Below, one piece after another: positions 1-8,489 of a stretch of 57,247 nt of DNA (positions are counted from its first letter, which is position 1; every line of letters begins with the position of its first letter). The notes beneath the pieces were generated by a model that saw only the letters and a list, made by a program, of their open reading frames with translations, had not been told where the DNA came from and did no database searches. The translations under genes were made by a program, and so were the position numbers. The stretch lies in the IMG/VR virus record IMGVR_UViG_3300010970_000087. The stretch is one strand, 5' to 3'. This DNA comes from a virus.

Positions 1-304
1 AATGGTGTTGCTTATTTAAACGGCTCTAAAGTTGTTACAAGTGGCTCTGCGCTTACTTTTGATGGGACTAGACTAACTTCTACAACAGGAAAGTTTGGCG
101 GGGGTGTGGCATCAAATAGCGCAAGCCTAATGGTCAACAATGCAACCAATACAGCAACAGGAATTCAGTTATTTCAAGATGGCATTGAATCTTGGATTAT
201 GGGGATGCCAGCAAACAGTGCAGGGCTTGCTTGGTCTGCGTCTGGCTCAGAACAAATGCGCCTAACCTCTACAGGTCTAGGTATTGGTACAAGTTCACCT
301 GCTT
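1..304. repeat. Terminal overlap, exact copy of 56944..57247 (circular closure of the contig)
   Basis: Positions 1-304 (aatggtgttgcttatttaaacgg...agttcacctgctt) read identical to 56944-57247; implies a 56943-nt unit genome. Confidence 0.95.
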
Positions 305-1575
305 TTAAATTGCAAGTAGTTGGCGCTAGTCAAATACAAACCAATGCCGCAGGAACACAGCAAGTTTTACAACTGAACAACAGCGATACAACAGCAGGAA
401 CTCAGGCAGTTAAATTAGGATTTTCTAGCGCAGGAAGCACTAAAGCATCTATCAATGCCGCTGTGTATGGCAACGACTACATGACATTTAATGTTGGTAG
501 TGATACAGAGCGTATGCGTATTGAGGCCTCTGGCAACCTTGGATTAGGAGTTACTCCTAGTGCTTGGGGAACTGCTAAAGCCTTTCAAATAGGTAGTAGT
601 GGTTTTGCGTTGTCATCTAATGGCGCTGGTTCTGGAGATGGTTCTCTAACTTGGAATGGTTACTACAACGGCACAAATTGGATTTACAGTTACACAGGGG
701 GTGTAGCAACTAGATATCGCCAAAATGAATCGGGTCACGCTTGGTTCACAGCCCCATCTGGCACAGCAGGAAACGCCATTACCTTCACCCAAGCCATGAC
801 TCTGGATGCTAGTGGTAATTTGGGTGTGGGGACTACATCGCCATCTGCAAGGGTTCATGTTGTAGGTGGTAGTGCAGGAAATTTAAACGCCCCTGCCGTA
901 TATATCCAAAACAATAGATTCCTTACTTTTCAAAATTCCGCAGGTAGTGCATGGGGAATGGGCATATATGCGGATTCATCTGACAATGGATGGATTGGTG
1001 CTGTTAATAATTTAACATTTAACACAGGTAGCGGTGCAACAGAACGAGCCCGTATAGACACATCTGGTAATTTGCTAGTGGGTAAGACTGCAACTGGTTT
1101 GGCTACTGATGGTATTGAACTAGCGGCAAATAATACAATTAGGGCAACAAAAACATCTTCTGCAAGCGTTGAAATAAATAGACTTGGAACGGATGGAGAC
1201 ACTGTTCTTTTTTGGAAAAGCACTTCGCTTGTTGGTTCAATTTCAGTTACTGGTTCTGCAACCGCTTACAACACTTCATCCGACTACCGCCTAAAAAACA
1301 CCATTGCCCCAATGACAGGCGCTTTGACTAAAGTTGCTCAACTCAAGCCTTGCACTTATAAGTGGAACGCTGATGGCTCTGATGGTGAAGGCTTCATTGC
1401 TCACGAACTTGCTGAAGTTGTGCCTCAATGCGTGACAGGCGAGAAAGATGCTGTGGACGAGGACGGCAATCCTAAGTACCAAGGCATTGACACATCATTC
1501 TTGGTGGCTACATTAACAGCGGCTATTCAAGAACTCAAAGCAGAATTTGATGCCTACAAAGCATCCCACCCCTAA
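1..1575 (+). CDS. Tail fibre/spike protein, C-terminal part (continues 56425..57247 across the junction) with C-terminal intramolecular-chaperone autoproteolysis domain (peptidase S74-like)
   Basis: Frame is open from base 1 (track ORF 106..1575 starts at an internal GTG) and is the same frame as the ORF from ATG 56425 after subtracting 56943. Sequence is Gly/Ser/Thr/Asn-rich and fibre-like. The C-terminus SSDYRLKNTI...GFIAHELAEVVP...YQGIDTSFLVATLTAAIQELKAEFDAYK fits the S-D-x-R-x-K-x-N chaperone-domain signature of tail spikes/endosialidases. Confidence 0.85.
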   Translation, partial: NGVAYLNGSKVVTSGSALTFDGTRLTSTTGKFGGGVASNSASLMVNNATNTATGIQLFQDGIESWIMGMPANSAGLAWSASGSEQMRLTSTGLGIGTSSPAFKLQVVGASQIQTNAAGTQQVLQLNNSDTTAGTQAVKLGFSSAGSTKASINAAVYGNDYMTFNVGSDTERMRIEASGNLGLGVTPSAWGTAKAFQIGSSGFALSSNGAGSGDGSLTWNGYYNGTNWIYSYTGGVATRYRQNESGHAWFTAPSGTAGNAITFTQAMTLDASGNLGVGTTSPSARVHVVGGSAGNLNAPAVYIQNNRFLTFQNSAGSAWGMGIYADSSDNGWIGAVNNLTFNTGSGATERARIDTSGNLLVGKTATGLATDGIELAANNTIRATKTSSASVEINRLGTDGDTVLFWKSTSLVGSISVTGSATAYNTSSDYRLKNTIAPMTGALTKVAQLKPCTYKWNADGSDGEGFIAHELAEVVPQCVTGEKDAVDEDGNPKYQGIDTSFLVATLTAAIQELKAEFDAYKASHP

Positions 1576-1597
1576 TTAACCCCGAAAGGAAAACATC

Positions 1598-1891
1598 ATG
1601 ACTACAACATACACTTGGAAAATCAACACCCTCGAAAGCAACACAGCAGACGGATTCGTTTCTGTTGCTCATTGGTCAGCAACCGCAGTAGACGGAGAAC
1701 ACTCTGCCTCTTGCTACGCAACAGTCTCATGGGCTGAAGGCACTCCTGCTATTCCCTATGCAAACCTCACAGAAGCTACTGTATTAGGTTGGGTATGGGA
1801 GTCGGTCGATAAAGCGGCTACAGAGGCTTCCTTGGCGGCTCAGATTGAGTTGCTGAAGAACCCTGTAAAAAGCACAGGCGTACCTTGGTAA
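1598..1891 (+). CDS. Hypothetical protein (97 aa) downstream of tail fibre
   Basis: ORF 22 nt after the fibre stop with aaaggaaaa SD-like sequence upstream; no enzymatic motif seen. Confidence 0.65.
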   Translation: MTTTYTWKINTLESNTADGFVSVAHWSATAVDGEHSASCYATVSWAEGTPAIPYANLTEATVLGWVWESVDKAATEASLAAQIELLKNPVKSTGVPW

Positions 1892-1899
1892 AACAGGAA

Positions 1900-1921
1900 G
1901 CCACTACCTGAACTTAGTGGC
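1900..1921 (+). other. Perfect 7-bp stem-loop (GCCACTA-N8-TAGTGGC)
   Basis: Inverted repeat read directly, 9 nt after the stop at 1891; no U-tract, so an attenuator/processing role is only a guess. Confidence 0.3.
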
Positions 1922-1937
1922 ACATTAGGAGAAAATC

Positions 1938-2150
1938 ATGGGCGAGAAAAAAACAAACCCTGTGACAATTGACGGAGTTGAGTACATCTTTGAGGATATG
2001 ACACCTGAGCAACAAACCTTGCTCAACCATGTTGTTGACTTAGAGCGTAAACTTAACTCTGCTAAATTCAATGTTGACCAACTTCAAGTAGGCAGAGATG
2101 CTTTCTTTGGTCTGCTTAAAACAGCATTAGAGAAGAAACCAGAGGAATAA
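1938..2150 (+). CDS. Hypothetical protein (70 aa)
   Basis: ORF preceded by taggagaaaa SD; next ORF starts 2 nt after its stop. Confidence 0.65.
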   Translation: MGEKKTNPVTIDGVEYIFEDMTPEQQTLLNHVVDLERKLNSAKFNVDQLQVGRDAFFGLLKTALEKKPEE

Positions 2151-2151
2151 A

Positions 2152-2373
2152 ATGGAACAGCACACCGCAGAAGCAGCATCAGCAGTAGCGACTAAAGCAG
2201 CATCAGTAGCCACTTATGGAGGCGCTAGTAGTGCCGTATTCTTTGGTTTAACAGCTAATGAGTTTGGTACTCTCTGTGGTGTGGTAATTGGTTTGGTTGG
2301 TCTGGTGGCTAATATTTGGTTCAAGCACCAACATCTTAAGTTGGCTCGTAAAGAGGCTGAAAAAGATGATTGA
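2152..2373 (+). CDS. Putative holin (73 aa, two TM segments, charged C-terminus)
   Basis: Hydrophobic stretches ASVATYGGASSAVFFGL and FGTLCGVVIGLVGLVANIWF are followed by KHQHLKLARKEAEKDD. The gene lies in the same block as the spanins and endolysin. Confidence 0.5.
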   Translation: MEQHTAEAASAVATKAASVATYGGASSAVFFGLTANEFGTLCGVVIGLVGLVANIWFKHQHLKLARKEAEKDD

Positions 2374-2860
2374 CCCAATTTCCGCCCTAAATGGCTTACA
2401 AAATGCCATTTCAATGGTCAAGAAGGCTAGTAAGGTAGCCAATGACTTGGGAGGTCTTGCCCCAATGATTGGCAAGATGTTTGATGCAAAGAGCCAAGCA
2501 ACTAAGGCGATGCTTCAAGCAAAGAGGGAGAAGAAAGGCTCTAACATGGGTGCGGCTCTACAGATTGAGATGGCACTAGAGCAAGCTAGAGCCTTTGAAG
2601 AAGAACTGAAGATGTTGTTCATGCAGACAGGTAAGATTGATGTCTGGAACAAGATCAAGACTAGACAAGCTGAGATGGACAGAGATGATGCCAAAGAGAT
2701 GGCAGCATTGAGAGCCGAGGAAAAGAAGGCTAAAGAAAAAGAGGAAGAAATGCAAGAGATCGCCATCATTATTGGTGGTGTTGCTTTTGTTTTACTTCTA
2801 GTCTTTATTGGAATTAACGAGTTGATGAGTTTATGTCCAAAAGGCGGTTGCGGTAGGTGA
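2366..2860 (+). CDS. Coiled-coil protein with C-terminal membrane anchor (164 aa)
   Basis: ATG 2366 overlaps the upstream stop (ATGATTGA). Lys/Glu-rich helical sequence is followed by the TM segment IAIIIGGVAFVLLLVFIGI. The track start at 2288 lies inside the previous gene. Confidence 0.55.
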   Translation: MIDPISALNGLQNAISMVKKASKVANDLGGLAPMIGKMFDAKSQATKAMLQAKREKKGSNMGAALQIEMALEQARAFEEELKMLFMQTGKIDVWNKIKTRQAEMDRDDAKEMAALRAEEKKAKEKEEEMQEIAIIIGGVAFVLLLVFIGINELMSLCPKGGCGR

Positions 2861-3002
2861 ATGAGTACCAAAAGCAATTTGATTTGTTTTGCAAGATCAT
2901 GTGCTATGGGTGGGCGGCACATTGGTTCTTGGGGTTCTTAAAGTTTCTACCTGATGACCTATCAGACAAGATTGTTAACCTTTTATTGGGAAAGATTGGG
3001 TT

Positions 3003-3179
3003 ATGAAAATCACACCTTATCAAGCCAACGCCAACATGTTGAGAGAAGCTCAGCAGGTTATCCATCAGAAAAATCTGAAAGAGTTGCAGAGACTGAACCA
3101 TCAGAAAGAACAAGCATGCAAAGTGCAGCAAATAAAGAGTCAATGGGCTAGACCAAATTCTGTAGATGTAATGGTATGA
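3003..3179 (+). CDS. Small hypothetical protein (58 aa, below the track cutoff)
   Basis: Manual translation MKITPYQANANMLREAQQVIHQKNLKELQRLNHQKEQACKVQQIKSQWARPNSVDVMV. Its stop forms an ATGA overlap with ATG 3176, and it is preferred over the overlapping track ORF 2954..3151. Confidence 0.4.
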   Translation: MKITPYQANANMLREAQQVIHQKNLKELQRLNHQKEQACKVQQIKSQWARPNSVDVMV

Positions 3180-3406
3180 AATATTTATTATTGTTATTGT
3201 TGCTAGTGGGATGTGAGGACAGATACAGATACTTCTGTCAGAACCCAGACAACTTCCATGCTGAGCAATGTCAAAAACCTAGATGTCAATTCACTCAGAC
3301 ATGTCCTGAGTATTTAGTAGCACCTGTCTTGGAGAAACAAATTGAGAGAACTGCTGACAAAAATGCTGACACCCAGCCAGTCACCAAAACCAAACCTAAC
3401 AACTGA
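3176..3406 (+). CDS. Cys-rich lipoprotein (76 aa)
   Basis: Signal peptide MKYLLLLLLLVGC with lipobox L-V-G-C; four further Cys in the mature part. Confidence 0.65.
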   Translation: MKYLLLLLLLVGCEDRYRYFCQNPDNFHAEQCQKPRCQFTQTCPEYLVAPVLEKQIERTADKNADTQPVTKTKPNN

Positions 3407-3866
3407 AGAGATTGAAGTTAGGGTGTGGGGATTTGTGGTGATAGCTATCACCATCATCCTCTTTGGCATTGTGTTTGCCTTACTCTATTCTGTTACCTTT
3501 GTAACACAGCCTATAAAAAGTATGGCTCCAATAGATCAAGCATACACCAAGATGCTTAATGATATTGTATTACTTATTGTTGGTGGTATTGGTGGCATTG
3601 TAGGCAAGAGGGCTGTGAACACAGCAACAAATGCTTTTAAGCCTAACACGCCTACAGTACAGCAGCCTTGTGTTAGTAACACATATGTTCCTACACAGTC
3701 TGCTTATAGTGTTCCTAGCCAGCCATTTGGTGCTATGCCTGTCTGGAACAATCCAGAACTAGATGAGAGCTGGACACCCGGCCCTCCACCAACAACACCT
3801 CCTGAGCATTTAGAGGCTGATGAGGACAGAGAAGAAATTGCTAATGCTAGGAAAGAGGCCGACTAA
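3342..3866 (+). CDS. Membrane protein (two TM) with Pro-rich acidic tail; start uncertain
   Basis: TM segments VWGFVVIAITIILFGIVFALLY and IVLLIVGGIGGIVG. Stop and start are shared with the next gene (TAATG at 3864-3868). Starts at 3342, 3363 or in-frame GTG 3423 are all possible. Confidence 0.55.
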   Translation: MRELLTKMLTPSQSPKPNLTTEEIEVRVWGFVVIAITIILFGIVFALLYSVTFVTQPIKSMAPIDQAYTKMLNDIVLLIVGGIGGIVGKRAVNTATNAFKPNTPTVQQPCVSNTYVPTQSAYSVPSQPFGAMPVWNNPELDESWTPGPPPTTPPEHLEADEDREEIANARKEAD

Positions 3867-4336
3867 TGTTTGGCATTCCTCTTCCTTGGATCTTAGTTGG
3901 TGCAATGGTTGCACTGTTTGGAACATACAGAGGTGGTTATCACTTCGGATGGACAGACCGTGACCAAGAGATGCAGATAGAGATTGCTAAGAAGAATGAA
4001 GAAGCTAGGGCTATAGAACAAGAACTAGCAGCTAAGTTGAATGATAAAGAAGCAGCTTTGAGAAAGGCAACTAATGAAATATCTAAGAAACAGTCTGCTA
4101 TGCGTGACCTTGTTAGGGCTGGTGAGTTGCGCCTCCCCGCCCCCAGTTGTGTACAAGCCTCCACAAATACCACCCCTGCCACAGGAGTTAGCACAGAAGA
4201 TGCAGCCGAACTTGAGCGACAGACTATTAATGCTCTTATCGACATCGTTGCCGAAGGAGACAAAGCCATCGTCAGACTCAACCAATGCATCTCAGCCTAT
4301 GACGAAGTAAGGAATTTAATAAATGGTAACCGCTGA
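3866..4336 (+). CDS. Rz: i-spanin (Rz-like)
   Basis: N-terminal TM segment LPWILVGAMVALFG is followed by a long coiled coil. The gene contains an embedded lipoprotein ORF in another frame and sits directly upstream of the endolysin. Confidence 0.75.
   Translation: MFGIPLPWILVGAMVALFGTYRGGYHFGWTDRDQEMQIEIAKKNEEARAIEQELAAKLNDKEAALRKATNEISKKQSAMRDLVRAGELRLPAPSCVQASTNTTPATGVSTEDAAELERQTINALIDIVAEGDKAIVRLNQCISAYDEVRNLINGNR
4074..4310 (+). CDS. Rz1: o-spanin (Rz1-like), embedded within Rz in another frame
   Basis: MKYLRNSLLCVTLLGLVSC has lipobox L-V-S-C and the mature part is Pro-rich (ASPPPVVYKPPQIPPLPQ). The ORF lies entirely inside 3866..4336. Confidence 0.75.
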   Translation: MKYLRNSLLCVTLLGLVSCASPPPVVYKPPQIPPLPQELAQKMQPNLSDRLLMLLSTSLPKETKPSSDSTNASQPMTK

Positions 4337-4937
4337 ACAATTAAAACAATTGCACATTAACCCCTCATTAGCTGATAGCTTTAATGAGACATTCCAACGC
4401 TTTGATATTTCCTCTCCCATTCAACAAGCTAGTTGGATTGGACAATGTGGACATGAGTGTGGCAACTTCCGCATCATGGAAGAAAACCTAAACTACAGGG
4501 CTGCTACATTGCTTAAGCTATTTCCTAAGACACCTAAGCGTCAATGGGGCTTTACACCTGAGGAAGCAGCAGCTTATGAGAAGCAGCCACAGCGTATTGC
4601 CAATCGCATTTACGGCAATCGTATGGGCAACAGGGATGAAGCTAGTGGGGATGGCTTTCGTTTCCGTGGATCCGGCTTTCTCCAGCTAACTGGCATGAGC
4701 AATTTCTACCATGCAAGCCAAGCCTTGGGTGTTGACTTCATCATGCAGCCTGAGCTTGTTCGCACACCTAAGTATGCTGCAATGACTGCCGGATGGTTCT
4801 GGCAGACACACAACTTAAACAGATATGCCAATAGTAAGGATTTTGTTATGATGACAAAGCGTATTAACGGTGGTACTATTGGACTTGAAGATCGTATTAA
4901 ACACATCAACCACGCTGTGGAAGTGTTGACTAGATGA
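4323..4937 (+). CDS. Endolysin, glycoside hydrolase family 19 (chitinase-like)
   Basis: Motifs QCGHECGNF...NYR, NRIYGNRMGN, GDGFRFRGSGFLQLTG and AGWFWQ...INGG are typical of GH19 phage lysins. Confidence 0.85.
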   Translation: MVTAEQLKQLHINPSLADSFNETFQRFDISSPIQQASWIGQCGHECGNFRIMEENLNYRAATLLKLFPKTPKRQWGFTPEEAAAYEKQPQRIANRIYGNRMGNRDEASGDGFRFRGSGFLQLTGMSNFYHASQALGVDFIMQPELVRTPKYAAMTAGWFWQTHNLNRYANSKDFVMMTKRINGGTIGLEDRIKHINHAVEVLTR

Positions 4938-4966
4938 TTGACTAAGTCTAGTATTTGTGGTATGAC
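4938..4966 (+). promoter_or_regulatory. Sigma70-like promoter candidate (TTGACT-N17-TGgTATGAC)
   Basis: -35 TTGACT at 4938-4943 (a second TTGACT at 4926-4931), 17-nt spacer, TG-extended -10 TATGAC at 4961-4966, upstream of ATG 4987. Confidence 0.3.
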
Positions 4967-4986
4967 AATGAATAAAGACTGTTATA

Positions 4987-5298
4987 ATGATATTACCAAC
5001 TTCTCTAAGTGTTATAGGAAGGGAAGTACCTGTAAAGGTAGTGGAGGAATTGCCTAACCAATTAGGTGAATTTGATTACAATGATTATGTAATTAAAATT
5101 AAGTCTGGTCAGCACCCCTTAGCGGAAGCCGATACATTATTACATGAATGTATACACGCTATAGACGACTGCTTCCAATTGAATATGTCGGAAAGACAGG
5201 TGTATTGTTTAGCTGTAGGAGTGTTGGCACTTCTCAGAGATAACAAAATAATGCTACCATATCTAACCGAAGCTATAGAGAAACCAAGAAACGTATGA
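4987..5298 (+). CDS. Small HExxH protein (103 aa), putative minimal zinc metallopeptidase
   Basis: Single motif TLLHECIHAID (H-E-x-x-H) after a beta-rich N-terminus; ATGA overlap with the next gene. Confidence 0.5.
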   Translation: MILPTSLSVIGREVPVKVVEELPNQLGEFDYNDYVIKIKSGQHPLAEADTLLHECIHAIDDCFQLNMSERQVYCLAVGVLALLRDNKIMLPYLTEAIEKPRNV

Positions 5299-7805
5299 AA
5301 GATTTTACAGCACAACAAAAGGAAGTAGTAGCTAGGAAGCTAGGCTATGATGGTCCTATGCAGGGCTTTGATGAGTTCCTTGCATCCTCGCCTTCTTTAG
5401 AAGCTAAGTATGCTTCCATCAGTGGTAAGTATGCTGAGCGTATGGCTAAGGGTGGGCTTGTTAAATATCAAGCAGGTGGTGCTGTTGGTGCTGTACGTCC
5501 TTCTGTTGGTGATCGTATTATGGATGACACTGGTGCTCCTATTGATAACCAGCCACCGCCTCCTCCTCCTGTTCTATCAGCAAACAATACAATAGATACT
5601 ACCACTGATGAGTTTGGTAAGCCTCTTGCTGGTAAAGCTTCACAGGTAACTGCTGCTCAAATTACCCCAACTGCTGAGCAATCCATTAGCACAGCAGCAA
5701 GAGCTGGAGAGCAAGCTGCACAGGTAGCTGCCCCTGCTATGGCTACAGCAGGACAAGCCACTGTTACTAAGGCAGGAGAAGCAGCAGCATATGAAGCATC
5801 TAAAGCAGCTCCTGCTGTTGGTGCAGCTATGGCTGGTGTTACTGGTGCTACTGGTGAAGTGGCTAAAGAAGCTCAAGTTACAGCAGCACAAGGACAAGTG
5901 TCTAAAGAAGCTGTTGCTGCTGCTCAAAAAGTAGGCGAACAATATAAAGCACCAGTGGAAGCAGCAAAGCGTGAAGTTGTTGCTGGTGAAATGGTTACAC
6001 CAGTTACAGATGCTACGGCTGTTAAAGCTGAAGCTGCTCAAACTGTAGCCCCTACAGCAGTGACAGCAGCACAAGGTGTTGTTCAAGAAAATCAATTGGT
6101 TAAGGCTGCTCAGATTGCTGAGAAAGATATGGCACAAGCCACAGCAATTACATCTGATGGGCTTGCTCCAGACGCTACCGTTGTTGCTGCCCGTCTAGAA
6201 AAATTCACTGTAGATGATGGAACATTAGCTGCTGCTGCTCAAGGTAATGTAAGTGCTCAAGCTACAGTGCAAGGTCAGCTCACTGAGTTGATGAAGAGTT
6301 TTGATGATGGTGCTACTCCTGCATGGGCTGCTGGCGCTATGAGGGCAGCTAATGCTGTTATGGCTTCTCGTGGACTAGGTGGTAGCTCTATGGCTGCTAC
6401 TGCTGTGTTCCAAGCTGCGATGGAATCTGCATTGCCTATTGCTGCTCAGGATGCACAGACATTTGCAACAATGGGTTTGCAAAACCTAAACAACAGACAG
6501 CAAGTGGCTTTGTCAAATGCTGCTGCTCAGCAAGGGTTGTCATTACAGAATCTTAGTAATGAGCAACAAGCTAGACTACAGAATGCTGCTAGTTCTTTCC
6601 AGCTACAAAGCCAAGACTTGTCTAACATGCAACAGACAATGTTGGCTAACACACAAATTAGAGCTACTCTGCAGGGACAGAACTTGTCTAATCAACAACA
6701 GGCTGCTGTGGTGAATGCTGCTAGATATGCTGAACAAGCTAACATCAACTTAAACAACATTCAACAAGCCGCTTTGCACAACAGTGCTATGCAAGTACAG
6801 GTGGATATATCTAACACTTCTAATCGTCAGCAAGCTGCTTTAGCTAATGCACAAATTGAAGCTGCTCTGCAAGGTAAGATATTAGATAATAGACAGCAAG
6901 CTGCTGTGTTAAATGCTGATAAGATTTCTCAAGCCACCAACTTAACATTTACTGCTGAGCAACAAGCAAAGCTTCACAATAGTGAGCTGTTAAAATCGAT
7001 TGGCTTGGCTGAACTATCTGCTTCACAGTCTGCCACCATTGCTAATGCTGCTACATATGCAGCTATGGATACAGCAAACCTTAATGCTAGACAGCAAGCT
7101 GCTGTTGTTAATGCTCAAGCTTTCTTAGCTATGGACATGAAGAACTTGGACAATGAGCAACAAGCTGTATTGTTTAAAGCACAAGTAACAACACAAGCAT
7201 TGTTATCAGACACAGCTTCTGCTAATGCTGCTAAGCAATTTAATGCTGCCAGTGAGAATCAAGTTACTCAGTTTAATGCACAAATGGCTACACAAGTTAG
7301 TCAGTTTAATGCGTCACAAACTACAGCAGTGAGTCAGTTTAACACTGATCAATCCAATTCCATTGCTAAGTTTAATACAGAGTCACAGAATCAAAGAGCT
7401 ACTTTCAATGCTCAACAACGATTGGTTATTGACCAAGCCAATGCTCAGTGGATGAGAGAGATATCTACAGCAAACACAGCAGCTACCAATGCTGCTAACA
7501 TGGCTAATGCACAACTGACGCAGCAGATTACATTGGCAGAATATAATAACAATGTTCAGATGTATCGTGATGATGTTACACACGCATGGCAATCTTCTGA
7601 GAATGATGCTAATAGAGCTACAACACTGGCTGCTGCTGAAATTGGTAAAGCAGGACAACTAGCCATTGCCGAAGCTACAATTGAAGCGGGTAATGCTGCT
7701 GCTATTGGTAATGTTACTTCCAAAGTTGTTGGAAGCAACAGCTCTGTTGGTAAAGCAATTGATAAAGCTTTTGATAAAGTTGTTGGATGGATATTCGGAG
7801 ATTGA
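5295..7805 (+). CDS. Repeat-rich Ala/Gln virion (internal/ejection-type) protein, 836 aa
   Basis: About 12 tandem ~21-aa units N-L-x-N-x-Q-Q-A-A-(L/V)-x-N-A, then six QFN(A/T) units. N-terminal MAKGGLVKYQAGG motif. Lies in the block of very large late genes. Confidence 0.6.
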   Translation: MKDFTAQQKEVVARKLGYDGPMQGFDEFLASSPSLEAKYASISGKYAERMAKGGLVKYQAGGAVGAVRPSVGDRIMDDTGAPIDNQPPPPPPVLSANNTIDTTTDEFGKPLAGKASQVTAAQITPTAEQSISTAARAGEQAAQVAAPAMATAGQATVTKAGEAAAYEASKAAPAVGAAMAGVTGATGEVAKEAQVTAAQGQVSKEAVAAAQKVGEQYKAPVEAAKREVVAGEMVTPVTDATAVKAEAAQTVAPTAVTAAQGVVQENQLVKAAQIAEKDMAQATAITSDGLAPDATVVAARLEKFTVDDGTLAAAAQGNVSAQATVQGQLTELMKSFDDGATPAWAAGAMRAANAVMASRGLGGSSMAATAVFQAAMESALPIAAQDAQTFATMGLQNLNNRQQVALSNAAAQQGLSLQNLSNEQQARLQNAASSFQLQSQDLSNMQQTMLANTQIRATLQGQNLSNQQQAAVVNAARYAEQANINLNNIQQAALHNSAMQVQVDISNTSNRQQAALANAQIEAALQGKILDNRQQAAVLNADKISQATNLTFTAEQQAKLHNSELLKSIGLAELSASQSATIANAATYAAMDTANLNARQQAAVVNAQAFLAMDMKNLDNEQQAVLFKAQVTTQALLSDTASANAAKQFNAASENQVTQFNAQMATQVSQFNASQTTAVSQFNTDQSNSIAKFNTESQNQRATFNAQQRLVIDQANAQWMREISTANTAATNAANMANAQLTQQITLAEYNNNVQMYRDDVTHAWQSSENDANRATTLAAAEIGKAGQLAIAEATIEAGNAAAIGNVTSKVVGSNSSVGKAIDKAFDKVVGWIFGD

Positions 7806-8020
7806 TGATGCAGAATTTTGATAAGTTTTATAGCAAGGTGAGTGCACTAGCTGATGAGCAATTGGTTGTTAAGAAACAAAAGCCATCTAAAGGATTGTTA
7901 GCTAAAAGCGATATGTCTTCTAAAGATGTTCAACAAAATAATGATGTTTATAATCAAGTTGCAAAATATATTGCAGCCATCCGTAGACAGAAGCAGGAGA
8001 TTATGAATGGCAAATCCTAA
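7805..8020 (+). CDS. Hypothetical protein (71 aa)
   Basis: ATG 7805 shares one base with the upstream TGA (TGATG); the track start 7787 lies inside the previous gene. Confidence 0.55.
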   Translation: MMQNFDKFYSKVSALADEQLVVKKQKPSKGLLAKSDMSSKDVQQNNDVYNQVAKYIAAIRRQKQEIMNGKS

Positions 8021-8489
8021 TATGTTTTTATCTGCCCCTATTGCAGGGCAGTCTTTAACTGTTGAGCCGGGTAATGTTCCTTGGGAACAACCCCCTCAAT
8101 ATGTTAAGCTTGAAGATGTTGTAAATTATTACACAGAGAAGATTGATGATCCAGAAATTATTCTGGACATTTTGGAAATTGTCAAAAGAGACATCCCAAT
8201 CTTAACTCTCGTTAACACTCTCACTAAAACTGCAGTGATGAATGGATATCACACTGTTGATGTTGGCTACTTAGTCACTCCCATTCTTGTAGAGATGATT
8301 AAGACTATTGCCGAACTCAATGACATTACTTATGTTGTTTCTGCTGAAGAGAAGCAAAACAAAGGGCGGGCTGATCCTAGAGTTATTATAGAGCTTATTA
8401 AAGACATGAAGAAAGAAACTACCGCTGAACCTATGCCAGAGGCTGAGAAGCCTTCTGCTAAGGGATTGATGGCAAGAGGAGATAAATAA
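8007..8489 (+). CDS. Hypothetical virion-module protein (160 aa)
   Basis: ORF overlapping both neighbours; C-terminal tail SAKGLMARGDK. Confidence 0.6.
   Translation: MANPNMFLSAPIAGQSLTVEPGNVPWEQPPQYVKLEDVVNYYTEKIDDPEIILDILEIVKRDIPILTLVNTLTKTAVMNGYHTVDVGYLVTPILVEMIKTIAELNDITYVVSAEEKQNKGRADPRVIIELIKDMKKETTAEPMPEAEKPSAKGLMARGDK

Noticed and set aside
1-304. The terminal repeat as a genuine physical direct terminal repeat of the virion DNA.
   Set aside because: It lies in the middle of the tail-fibre coding sequence and has no flanking terminase-site features, so an assembly overlap of a circular or permuted genome is the simpler reading. Not fully excluded (see finding).
2954-3151. 65-aa plus-strand track ORF.
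   Set aside because: The overlapping frame 3003..3179 gives a coiled-coil-like product whose stop interlocks (ATGA) with the next gene, as elsewhere in this genome, so the 2954 frame was discarded. Both calls are low confidence.
5640-6137. 165-aa minus-strand ORF (Cys/Ser-rich) inside the 836-aa gene. Similar antisense ORFs occur at 10998..11525, 47351..47662, 47681..48079, 48087..48521, 50702..51298, 51358..51852 and 52652..53155.
   Set aside because: These are shadow ORFs on the opposite strand of long GCT/GCA/GGT-rich coding regions. They have implausible low-complexity composition, no RBS, and are fully contained in well-supported genes.
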